In this document: positions 15,917 to 25,000 of the stretch, one piece after another | Numbering within the stretch: the first letter of the stretch is position 1 | How the letters are laid out: each line of letters begins with the position of its first letter | DNA from: an uncultured Bifidobacterium sp. | GTDB taxonomy: Bacteria > Verrucomicrobiota > Verrucomicrobiia > Limisphaerales > JADLHS01 | DNA: 64,000 nt | Direction of reading: 5' to 3' | Assembly: GCA_964539515.1 (NCBI GenBank) | Contig: CAZIJO010000001.1 | Location: forward strand, 33,172-97,171 | The notes under the pieces: model-generated | What the model saw: only the letters and a program-made list of their open reading frames with translations | Told to the model about the DNA's origin: nothing | Databases searched by the model: none | Position numbers and translations under genes: made by a program

Positions 15917-16884
15917 AAAACACCCTTGAAACCCGCCTCGGCCTGTTCGTGTCCTTCATCGTGCTGGCCGCCTTCATCATCATGTACATTTTGGGCGGCT
16001 TTGAAAAATTCCAGCGCGGCCTCCAGGTCCATGCCTTGTTCAAAACGGCCCAGGAATTGAAACTGGGCGACCGCGTGAAAATGGCCGGCGTCGAGGTCGG
16101 CAAAGTGGATAAGATCGAACTCGCCGACGGCAAAGTGCGCGTCACCATGAGCCTCCGCGCCAACACCCCGGTCAAGACCGACACGACCGCCACGATCAAG
16201 TTCGCCGGTTTAATGGGGCAGAGTTTCGTCGCGCTCGATTTCGGCACCCCCGCCGGCCGGCCCGCCACCCCGGACAGCTTTCTGCAAACGGTCGAGCAAC
16301 CCGACCTGAGCGTGATCATGCAGAAGCTGGACAATGTGGCCACCGGGGTGGAGAACCTCACCCGCAGTTTCACCGGTGACAAAATCGAGAACCTCTTTGG
16401 CCCTCTGACGGATTTTATCAAACAGAATACCGCTCCGCTCACGGCCACCATCGCCAACCTTCGGGCCATGTCCGGCCAGATCGCCGAGGGCAAGGGCACC
16501 TTTGGCAAACTCATTTACGACGATGCGCTCTACAACTCCGCCCTGACCACGGTGACCAGCCTGCAATCCACGACGGAGGAGATCAAACTTGCCCTGGGGG
16601 ATGCCCGCAAGATCATCGATGGCGTCAATGCCGGAGAGGGCTCGCTCGGGAAACTGGTGAAGGATGAGAAGCTCTACGCCGAAACCACGGCCTCGATGAC
16701 GAACCTCAAGGAAATTCTCCAAAAGATGAACAGCGGCCAGGGCACGGTCGGCAAACTCATCAACGACCAGGAATTCTACAAGAACGCCAAGCTCACCTTG
16801 CAGAAAGTGGACAAGGCGACGGAGGGTTTGGAAGACCAGGGCCCGTTGAGTGTCCTGGGCATCCTGGTGAACAACTTGTTCTGA
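15913..16884 (+). CDS. mlaD: MlaD/MCE-domain substrate-binding protein with extended helical C-terminus
   Basis: ATGA overlap with mlaF. N-terminal TM (LGLFVSFIVLAAFIIMYIL). MCE fold region (LKLGDRVKMAGVEVGKVDKIEL...VRVTM). Three C-terminal G-x-G-(T/S)-x-GKL-x-x-D motifs. Confidence 0.9.
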   Translation: MKNTLETRLGLFVSFIVLAAFIIMYILGGFEKFQRGLQVHALFKTAQELKLGDRVKMAGVEVGKVDKIELADGKVRVTMSLRANTPVKTDTTATIKFAGLMGQSFVALDFGTPAGRPATPDSFLQTVEQPDLSVIMQKLDNVATGVENLTRSFTGDKIENLFGPLTDFIKQNTAPLTATIANLRAMSGQIAEGKGTFGKLIYDDALYNSALTTVTSLQSTTEEIKLALGDARKIIDGVNAGEGSLGKLVKDEKLYAETTASMTNLKEILQKMNSGQGTVGKLINDQEFYKNAKLTLQKVDKATEGLEDQGPLSVLGILVNNLF

Positions 16885-16895
16885 CTCGCGACAGC

Positions 16896-16928
16896 AAAAA
16901 CGGAGGGACGACCAGGATCGTCCCTCCG
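16896..16928 (-). terminator. Rho-independent terminator between convergent mlaD and the Spy-like gene
   Basis: Perfect 11-bp stem CGGAGGGACGA / TCGTCCCTCCG (16901-16911 / 16918-16928) with a 6-nt loop. On the minus strand it is followed by TTTTT (complement of AAAAA 16896-16900). Confidence 0.75.
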
Positions 16929-16953
16929 GCATGCCAACCAACCAATTCAGCGG

Positions 16954-17403
16954 CTACTCCTGCGCCGGCTTTTCCGCCCCCGGACCTCCGGGACCGCCAC
17001 GTCGGCCGGGTCGCCCGGGGCCGCCCGGGCCGCCTTCTTTCCTGAGTTTCTCCCACTTCGCATATTGTTCCGGCGTGAGAATCTCTTTCATCTTCTTTTG
17101 CATTTCCTCCCGCCCGGCTTTCATCTTTTCACGGCGTTCTTCCGGGGTGGCATCGCGCAAGCCGCGCATGGCTTCGGCTTGTTCCTTCATCACCGTCGTT
17201 ACCTTCGTCTTCTGTTCGTCGGTGAGCTTGAGTTCCTCGGCCATCTTGGCGATGCGTTCCTTGACCATCTCCCCGCGTTGCCCCTGGGGTGGCCGGCCTT
17301 CGGGCGGACCTGGCTTGTCTTCCGCCCGCCCCATGGGGCTCAACGCGATCAACGCCCCGGCGGCCAAGGCCGTCATTATTCCAACTTTTTGCATTTTCAT
17401 CAT
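16954..17403 (-). CDS. Periplasmic LTXXQ-motif protein (Spy/CpxP-like) with Gly/Pro-rich tail
   Basis: Start at MMKMQKVGIMTALAAGALIALSPMGRA (signal). LKLTDEQKTKV and LTPEQYAKW motifs. C-terminal GGPGGPGRPGRRGGPGGPG. Confidence 0.7.
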   Translation of the reverse strand: MMKMQKVGIMTALAAGALIALSPMGRAEDKPGPPEGRPPQGQRGEMVKERIAKMAEELKLTDEQKTKVTTVMKEQAEAMRGLRDATPEERREKMKAGREEMQKKMKEILTPEQYAKWEKLRKEGGPGGPGRPGRRGGPGGPGAEKPAQE

Positions 17404-17558
17404 CTGCCTCTTTCTTTCTTTTTTTGCCGCTCCTTCATGGCGCGGCGGCTGTAACGTGAGACGCCGCCGGGGCAAATTGGTTACAGGCCATCCGGCCCCA
17501 AAAGTTAAAAATCCACGCGTGACTTTGGCGGGGGAAACTGAAACATTCCGCCCGCATT

Positions 17559-18176
17559 ATGAAACTATCACTGCTGCTTTGCACCTTGGGCCTGGGGCTG
17601 GGACTGGTCGCCGCCTCCGCCGACGAGCCGAAGACCACCAAACCTGAAACCAAACCGGATAACAAAACTGTGAACACCAACGAAGTCGCTGTCCTCAAAA
17701 CCTCCGAAGGCGAAATGGTCCTCGAATTCTGGCCGGACGTCGCCCCGGGCCATGTCGAAAATTTCAAGAAGCTTGCCAAGCAGGGCTTTTACGATGGCAC
17801 CTGCTTTCACCGCGTGATCAAGGGCTTCATGATCCAGGGCGGCGACCCGCTTACCAAGGATGAGGCCAACCAGAGCCGCTGGGGTACGGGGGATCCCGGT
17901 TACAAGATCAAGGCTGAGTTCAATGACAAAGCCCATGTGCGCGGCGTGCTTTCCGCAGCGCGCTCTCAGGACCCGAATTCCGCCGGCTCGCAATTCTTCA
18001 TCTGCCATGGCGATCCGCGTTTTCTGGACCGGCAATACACCGCGTACGGCAAGTTGATCAAAGGCGATGACGTGCTGGAAAAGATCGCCACCACGCCCAC
18101 CGCGCCGGGCGACCGCCCCCTCAAGCGGATGAATCTGGAGAGCGTCAAGATCGTACCGCGCGATTCGGTTAAGTAA
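17559..18176 (+). CDS. Secreted cyclophilin-type peptidyl-prolyl cis-trans isomerase
   Basis: Signal MKLSLLLCTLGLGLGLVAASA. Cyclophilin motifs FHRVIKGFMIQGGDP, SAGSQFFIC, YTAYGKLIKG. Confidence 0.92.
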   Translation: MKLSLLLCTLGLGLGLVAASADEPKTTKPETKPDNKTVNTNEVAVLKTSEGEMVLEFWPDVAPGHVENFKKLAKQGFYDGTCFHRVIKGFMIQGGDPLTKDEANQSRWGTGDPGYKIKAEFNDKAHVRGVLSAARSQDPNSAGSQFFICHGDPRFLDRQYTAYGKLIKGDDVLEKIATTPTAPGDRPLKRMNLESVKIVPRDSVK

Positions 18177-18194
18177 CGGCGTCCGATTTGCCAG

Positions 18195-18235
18195 CCGCGA
18201 ATGAGGCCACGGCTTCATTCGCGGTTGTTTTTTTG
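18195..18235 (+). terminator. Rho-independent terminator after the PPIase gene
   Basis: Perfect 10-bp stem CCGCGAATGA (18195-18204) / TCATTCGCGG (18215-18224), followed by TTGTTTTTTTT. Confidence 0.85.
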
Positions 18236-18239
18236 GTTC

Positions 18240-18434
18240 ATGGATCAAATCGAACTCGCTGCCGGTCTCGTTGCTCTGGGCTGTCCGCCGGACAAGTCGA
18301 TGGCGATGGCGGCGCAATTGGAAAAGCGTGCGCATCAGTTGGCGGCGGAGAAGGGGCGAAGTTACGAGGAAGCCCTGGCTCATTTGCTCGGCCTGATGCG
18401 GCAGGGATGGGCGGCCAAGGAAAAGGGCTTTTAA
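18240..18434 (+). CDS. Small hypothetical helical protein (64 aa)
   Basis: ATG 18240 (MDQIELAAGLVALGCPPDKSMAMAAQLEKRAHQLAAEKGRSYEEALAHLLGLMRQGW...). Composition is protein-like, but no family was recognised. The earlier ATG 18201 lies inside the terminator. Confidence 0.4.
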   Translation: MDQIELAAGLVALGCPPDKSMAMAAQLEKRAHQLAAEKGRSYEEALAHLLGLMRQGWAAKEKGF

Positions 18435-18645
18435 TCGGCTTCGCACCGATTGCGGCGTCGGCATCGCTGCCATCTGGTGTGCTCTTAATCACCGATCGGT
18501 GCCAAGCCGATCGAGGTGCGACCTGGTCGCCACTGGGTTTGTGGCGGCCGCTTCCGCGAATGACCCTTGCGGTTCGCCCGCATCGCAGCCATAAGCACCG
18601 CGCGGCCGTCAGACCGGCAAACGGAGTGGATTTCATTGCTTGCGC

Positions 18646-18708
18646 GCTGCCTGTCCACCCGCTGCCTGTCCACCGTTTGATTGTTAATAACTTTTTTAAT
18701 AACTTTTT
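18646..18708. promoter_or_regulatory. Tandem-repeat, AT-rich putative control region upstream of the beta-helix/RHS gene pair
   Basis: GCTGCCTGTCCACC occurs twice in tandem (18646-18659, 18661-18674). AATAACTTTTT(T) then occurs twice in tandem (18686-18708) in the only strongly AT-rich stretch of a ~550-bp non-coding gap. Confidence 0.4.
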
Positions 18709-18986
18709 ATAGACTTATGCTAATCGTCCCATTCTTATCTTCGGAATAGCATCCAAAACCGCCAGCGCTTTGTTGTTACGGGCTGTATCTCGTTGGGTTT
18801 GTTTTGGGGTGGATCGGGGATTATGGCTTATTGCGACATTCGCGGGACGGGGAATAATGCCGGCGGCCGCCGCTGCTCGTTCACTCATTTATCAAGGCTT
18901 GGTTGTCACCTCGCTGCCTGCCCGGGCCCGTGCCAGGAGGTCGTGTCCCAGACCTCTTCCCCGCATGGGGACCGACCGGTTGACTT

Positions 18987-21900
18987 TTGATCTCCGTGAA
19001 ACTCATCCGGTTCATCACGTTCGGACTCGCCTGGGGCCAGACTCTTGGTTTTGGTGCAGAGTCCTCGAGACCCGCGGCCTCTATCTCCGAACGCGGCGAC
19101 CATTATCGGGTCTGGCAGCGGGTCACGGTGGAGCGGGATGAGGAAGGCAGACCCTATTCGCTGACCAACTCCGCCTACACCGAACTGGAAACGGGGATGC
19201 ACGTAAAACAACCCGATGGCACCTGGGCGGAAGCCAGCGACGAAATTGAGATCATTCATTCAGGTGGAATCGCACGAAAAACCCGGCACCGGGTGCATTT
19301 TGCCCCAAACTGCAACTCACCGGTGGCGATTGATTTGCTGAGCGCTGACGGGAGACGTCTGCGTTCACGAATCTTGGGGCTCGGTTTTTTTGACCGTAGC
19401 TCCCGGAAAAGTGTCTTGATAGCGGAGATCAAGGACTCCGAAGGTCGCCTGCTGATGGAGAACCGGAACGAAGTGGTTTATTACGATGCCTTCACCGATC
19501 TCAAAGCGGATGTGCGCTACAGAAACAGCAAGGCCGGGCTGGAACAAGACATCATCCTTCGCGAGAATCCGCCTTCCCCCGCCGAGTACGAGTTGAATCC
19601 GGCGACGACCGTCCTTGAAGTCCTGACCGAGTTTATCAGTCCGCCGGTGCCGAAGAAGCGGGTGCGGATGGTTTCCGGCGACGCCGATGAATTCTTGGAT
19701 TTCGGTGATCTCAAGATGGGAAACGGGCGGGTATTTCTTTTGGGCAAGACCGGGGGCGAAATTCCGGTAACGAAGCAGTGGGGCAATCTGGACCGACGGA
19801 CTTTCCTGATTGAGCAAATTCCTTACAAATCCATCGAGCCGGAACTGAAGTCCTTGCCGCGGAAGACGGCTGCGCGAAGGATTTCCCCGGATGGCGTGCT
19901 TCACCGGGTTTCGGCCCGGCGACTTTTGCCCGAGGTCCAACCCACAAAGCAAGTCTCGGGGTCCCTGCTGCTGGCTAGCGCACCGTTGAGCGGGCCAGGA
20001 GTCGTGTTGGATTACATCATCGCGAGCAGCGATGAAAATTACACTTTCCGCGGGGACACGACTCATTACGTCAACGGCCCCGTCCATCTCAGTGGGACCA
20101 ACACAACCATTGAGGGCGGGGCCGTAATCAAGTTTGCCCGGTCGGCTTCCGCCAGGATTGACATCACTGGTCGCATCAATTGCCAGACGGGAGCGTATCG
20201 GCCGGCAGTGTTCACCGGCGAGGATGATAACACGGTCGGGGAGACCATTGCCGGCAGCACGGGGAGTCCAACCAACCACTACGGGAATGGCTTGACCGTC
20301 ATCACGCCGGGCAACGCGCTCCACGATCTCCGTTTTCTTTACGCTGGCAGCGCGGTCAATTTGGGGTTCACGGCCGGGCTGATTCAACTGGCCAATGTGC
20401 AGTTCGTAAGATGTCAGCACCCGCTCGATTCCAGCGGACAGGACGCGAACACCATCGCGATTGAGAACAGCCTTTTTTATTCCAGTGTTCATGTGGTTCA
20501 TGGTGGACAATCCTTGACGGTGCGGGGCCTGCAGCTGACGGCCAATCACTGTTCGAGTCTTGTCGATCCGGAGTTTTTCGCCGGGGCCGGGCAGCTCTAT
20601 CTGACTAATTCCCTGATTGTGGCCGCGACCAACGGTTGGGGCCAGTCTGATGAGATGCTCGGTTCCGTGACCACCGATAGCACGGTGTTGATTACAAATT
20701 GTCCCGCGGGGGTCTTTCAAACCGTCGGGGCGGCCAGCCATTACCTAGCGGACCAGACTTACCGCAACGCGGGCACCACGAATATCCCTGCCGCGCTGGT
20801 GGAAGCTTTGAAAAGCCGGACCACGTGTCCGCCCCTCTTGCTCACCACCAATTTCACCGCCAACACGATCCTTGCCCCGCAGGCGCTCCGCGACGCGGAC
20901 CTACCGGATTTGGGGTATCATTACGATCCCCTGGATTACGTGATGAGCGGACGGACGGTGTCCGCGAATCTGACCTTGACCAACGGCGTGGCGGTGGGCA
21001 CGTACGGCCCTTCGTCTTCGTTTGGACTGGGGATGATCTCCGGGAAACTGGTGTCGGAAGGTGGGCCCACCCAATTGAACTGGATCGCCCGCTACAATGT
21101 CGTTCAGGAGCAAAGCACGACCAACTGGTCGGCGGGCAGCGTTGCCCCTTCGGTCAAACTCGGGGCGCTGACCCGGTTTGAATTCACGGCGTGGTCGCTC
21201 TTGGGGAACAATGGCAATCACGTTTACGCTTTGAAACCGGGGAGTGGCTCGTTCGGTTTCCGGAACTGTCAATTTGGCGGGGGCGGATTTTATTTTTATG
21301 GTGACCGCGACGGTGGACTGACCAACTGCCTGTGGGAGCGGGTTCGTTTTAACCTCGGGAATTGGAAGAATCAGCCGAACCACGATCTTTACAACAACTT
21401 GTTCCGGGGTGGTTCAGTGCAGGTCGCCAACTATGATGGCGGGATATCCACGATCCGGGACAATCTGTTCGACGAAACTAGCATCGACCAGGGTGGCACT
21501 CTGGTCCACAGCCACAATGCCTACGTCATGGGCTCGAGTCGTCTGACCCCGCCCAATTCCAGCGACGTGGTGCTATCGGGCGCGCCCACTTACCAGACCA
21601 GTTTTTTGGGCAATCATTATTATCCAACCAACGGAGCGTCGATGAACCTGTTGCTGAACGCTGGCAGCCGTAAGGCCGGCGACGCCGGGCTTTTTCACTA
21701 CACCACCATGTCAAATCAGGCGAAGGAAACCAACTCGACGGTGGACATTGGCTTTCACTACGTGGCAACCGATGGGCTGACCAGTCGGCCGGTTGACACC
21801 GACGGGGACGGGTTGCCCGATTATCTCGAAGATCGGAACGGCAATGGAAGTTACAACTCCGGGGACATTGCCAACTGGAACGCGGCCGATACGGACAGCG

Positions 21901-22010
21901 ATGGGGTAGAGGACGGCACCGAGCTCATCCAGGGCCGCCGCCCAACGGTTGGGGGGCTTTTGGATTCAGGCAATCTGACGAAATTGAAAGTATTCACCCC
22001 GTTAAGATAG
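18987..22010 (+). CDS. Secreted right-handed beta-helix-like protein with C-terminal DxDxDG calcium-type repeats
   Basis: Signal-like (M)KLIRFITFGLAWGQTLGFGA (TTG 18987 or GTG 18996). LGYHYDPLDY and DIGFHYVA segments typical of beta-helix proteins. C-terminal DTDGDGLPDYLEDRNGNG...DTDSDGVEDGTE. The stop TAG abuts the RHS start. Confidence 0.8.
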   Translation: MISVKLIRFITFGLAWGQTLGFGAESSRPAASISERGDHYRVWQRVTVERDEEGRPYSLTNSAYTELETGMHVKQPDGTWAEASDEIEIIHSGGIARKTRHRVHFAPNCNSPVAIDLLSADGRRLRSRILGLGFFDRSSRKSVLIAEIKDSEGRLLMENRNEVVYYDAFTDLKADVRYRNSKAGLEQDIILRENPPSPAEYELNPATTVLEVLTEFISPPVPKKRVRMVSGDADEFLDFGDLKMGNGRVFLLGKTGGEIPVTKQWGNLDRRTFLIEQIPYKSIEPELKSLPRKTAARRISPDGVLHRVSARRLLPEVQPTKQVSGSLLLASAPLSGPGVVLDYIIASSDENYTFRGDTTHYVNGPVHLSGTNTTIEGGAVIKFARSASARIDITGRINCQTGAYRPAVFTGEDDNTVGETIAGSTGSPTNHYGNGLTVITPGNALHDLRFLYAGSAVNLGFTAGLIQLANVQFVRCQHPLDSSGQDANTIAIENSLFYSSVHVVHGGQSLTVRGLQLTANHCSSLVDPEFFAGAGQLYLTNSLIVAATNGWGQSDEMLGSVTTDSTVLITNCPAGVFQTVGAASHYLADQTYRNAGTTNIPAALVEALKSRTTCPPLLLTTNFTANTILAPQALRDADLPDLGYHYDPLDYVMSGRTVSANLTLTNGVAVGTYGPSSSFGLGMISGKLVSEGGPTQLNWIARYNVVQEQSTTNWSAGSVAPSVKLGALTRFEFTAWSLLGNNGNHVYALKPGSGSFGFRNCQFGGGGFYFYGDRDGGLTNCLWERVRFNLGNWKNQPNHDLYNNLFRGGSVQVANYDGGISTIRDNLFDETSIDQGGTLVHSHNAYVMGSSRLTPPNSSDVVLSGAPTYQTSFLGNHYYPTNGASMNLLLNAGSRKAGDAGLFHYTTMSNQAKETNSTVDIGFHYVATDGLTSRPVDTDGDGLPDYLEDRNGNGSYNSGDIANWNAADTDSDGVEDGTELIQGRRPTVGGLLDSGNLTKLKVFTPLR

Positions 22011-25000
22011 TGATTACTCCTTCAATGTTGCCAAGCCGCCGAGTGAAAAATTTCTTCAAGAGACATTGGCCCGGACGGTCTGCCTGGATAGCGGGTGCGG
22101 TGGCGTTCATTCCGGCCAGACAACCGTTTGGGAGCAGGCTGGCGTTTTGGGTCATTGTCTTGGGGTTGAGCGCAGCGAGCGCTAACGGTGAGCCTTCCCC
22201 ATGCATCCAACACTCGTTCGAATACCGGAGTTGTTCCGCCAGCCGGACTTGGTGCGGGTTCGACACGTTCACCACCTCAACGCCCCGCACGAAATATCGG
22301 ACCTTGTCGCAGCAGGATACGGCCGGCGGATATACGTGGTCGGGGACTCTTTGCGGCAATGGCGCTGCCGGCGGGAAGGGCTTGTATCATTCGGCGACCG
22401 GGCAAATCACGTTTTCCGGCACCGGCAACACATGTGGCATTGGAACGAATTGGAATTTCGAATGTCGGTTTGGCATCGATTGGCCGGCTTCCATCAATTA
22501 CGCGAGCCCTGGCGATCAAGTGTTCTATAAAGACCGCGGCACGGTTCCCGCCAGCGTGCAGCAATTTGTTTCTGCCGGAGCCTCGGCCAGCATTGTTTAT
22601 GTGCCCGCGACCATGGGCTCGCAAACCATTTCATGCACTACCAATTGCACCTGGACCACGAACACCACGCCACCTTTCGTGCTGGATTCAGCCTTGGTGC
22701 TCCAAAGTCGGACGGCTACCACGGAAGCGTACGCGAATGCTTCTCTTTGGACGACGGCGACCCGCACTCGCACCCTGAGCCTGGAATACAAACGCGAAGC
22801 CGTTGAGCAGAGTATTATCGCGGAGGACTTGGCGGATTGTCCGGCGGGTGGTTGGAAGCCGGCCGCGGTGGCGGCTACCAGCACTTTGATCGGGAATTCG
22901 GTCACCGTGACGAAGGTGGGTTATCAGATCAAGATTCCCCGGACCGAACGGGGTACGACCTATCTGCTGTCGTGGAAAGTACTGGTCTATGATTCGACGG
23001 GTAATCTGGCCGGAGAGGAAACGGCCGAGGCTGCCTTGCAGGGCACCGGCGATGAAATTACCACCGGGGAAATCATTCTCCTCCCGCCCTTGAATGTCGG
23101 TGGCAGTCGAATGGTGGATAAATCCAGTTTGGTGATCAAAACTGTAAATGGCGGCGGGGATTGCTGTAATGGTGCGGTGGCGGCCGGGCAAGGCGCCGCC
23201 CGTTTGAAGAGCGTGGAGGTGGAATTCGGTCTCGGAAAAGGCCGCTTTGGACTCGGGGGCGGACAACTTTATATCAAACAGGAAGCCTTGGATGATTCCT
23301 CTGCCCGGCCGGCGGCGTTGAAATTTGCCGGTGACCCGGACCAGTTTGAAGTTCTCAACGATGCCGGGGGTATTCGGCAGGTTTTGGGGGCGCAGGCGTT
23401 GGCGGATGTGGTGGCGACCAATGATTACTGCTACGACATCAGGTTTTACGCCGTGACCAATGTGGGCGCCAAAGTCGGCGGGTTTTACCCGGTCAGCAAC
23501 ACCCCGCATACCGTCTGGACGGTGCGCAACCCGGATGGCGCCTCATTCACGAACCGGTTGCAAGTGGTGGAGACGCGGGGCAGCAAAGCGATCACCAACG
23601 AGTACCAGTGGTCCGCCACCAACCACACTTGGACTTTCATCGCCGGCAACGGACTCCGCACGGAAACCAAGACCGTCACTTGGGATGCGGCTCGCAAGCT
23701 TCGCTCGGAAATCCGCCAGACCTACAGCGGTTCGGGCGAACTGGTTTACCAGGAAGTTAAAAAATTCCAGGCTTATGCCTTTGGCGCCGGGAACGAAGCG
23801 ATGGGGATGGCGCTGAGCGAAACCCGGATTGGTTTGCCGGGGGCGGAAGTGACGACGACCAATACGTACGTAAATAGCACCACCGCGCCGCGGCTGGACA
23901 CCGTCACGCGCAGCGATGGTTCATGGGACGCGTACCTCTATGACGCGCAAGGCCGGGTATTAGTCAACTACTCTTCCAGTTTTTCCAATCAAGCGCCAAC
24001 GAAGAGCCAGAGCGTGAGCAGTTTCTCGTACCACGACTATGCAGTGCTGGCCGACAGTGGAGATGACGGATCCGCAACCAATTCCGAAGCCCGCACGGTT
24101 TACCATTCTTTCATGGGATTGCCTGTCTCCCGCCACTTTCTCGTTCGTCGGCCCGGCGAGCGCATCGAAGGGGTCGGCCAGAATGAATCGGTGACTTGGA
24201 ATACTGCCGGCAATCTTCTGACCACCAACCGTTTTTATACCAACGGCGCCTTCGGCGGTTACCCCTTGAGCAGCTACCGACCCGACGGCACCGCTTCGGT
24301 TTACTTCTACGAAACCAACGCCAGCCTTAAAATCACAACGATGTTGAATGGGCAGCCCGACCCGGTCAACCCGACCAATATTCTTGAGGGCACGAAGACC
24401 GTGACGTTCGTCGGGCTGGCGGGGCAGACTTTTTCCAACGTGGTTTGCGCTTTGCCGCAGACCAACGTCATTCTCGCCCGGGAGATTTACAGCGACTTCG
24501 ATGAACTTTTCCGCCCCGGTCGCACCACTTATCTCGACGGCACATTCCAACTATTTAGTTATGATTGCTGCGGACTGGCGTATGAGATCGAACGCGATGG
24601 CAGTCGCACGGATTATACCTACGACGACCTCAAGCGTCTGGTTACTTCAACTCGCAACGGCATCACGACCATTTACGCCTACGATGGCTTTGGTCGGGTG
24701 CTTGCCGTCGCCCGCCAGGGGACGGACGGTTCCACAATTGTAGTTGAGAGTTCCGGGTATGATACCGCGGGTCGATTGCTGGCGCGAACCAACGCCTTGG
24801 GTGCCATCACAACTTTTTCAGAAACCATCGTCAGCAATCAAACGGTGCGGGTCACCACCCGGCCGGATCGCAGCACGGTGACAAATCTTTACGCCCGGGA
24901 CGGTTCGTTGCTCGAAGTTACCGGCAGCGCGGCGCAACCCGTGCGCTACCAGTACGGCATCCTGGATGGCATCGAACGCCGCCGGTTTGTTGTGGAGTTG

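Noticed and set aside
16931-17647. 238-aa + strand ORF antisense to the Spy-like gene, and the GGPGGPG tail read as collagen-like.
   Set aside because: The minus-strand reading gives a signal peptide and LTXXQ motifs. The Gly/Pro run is a short tail without Gly-X-Y periodicity over a meaningful length.
18646-18708. Tandem repeats considered as a mini CRISPR array or VNTR.
   Set aside because: There are only two copies of each unit, the units are 12-15 bp, no spacers are present and no cas genes are nearby.
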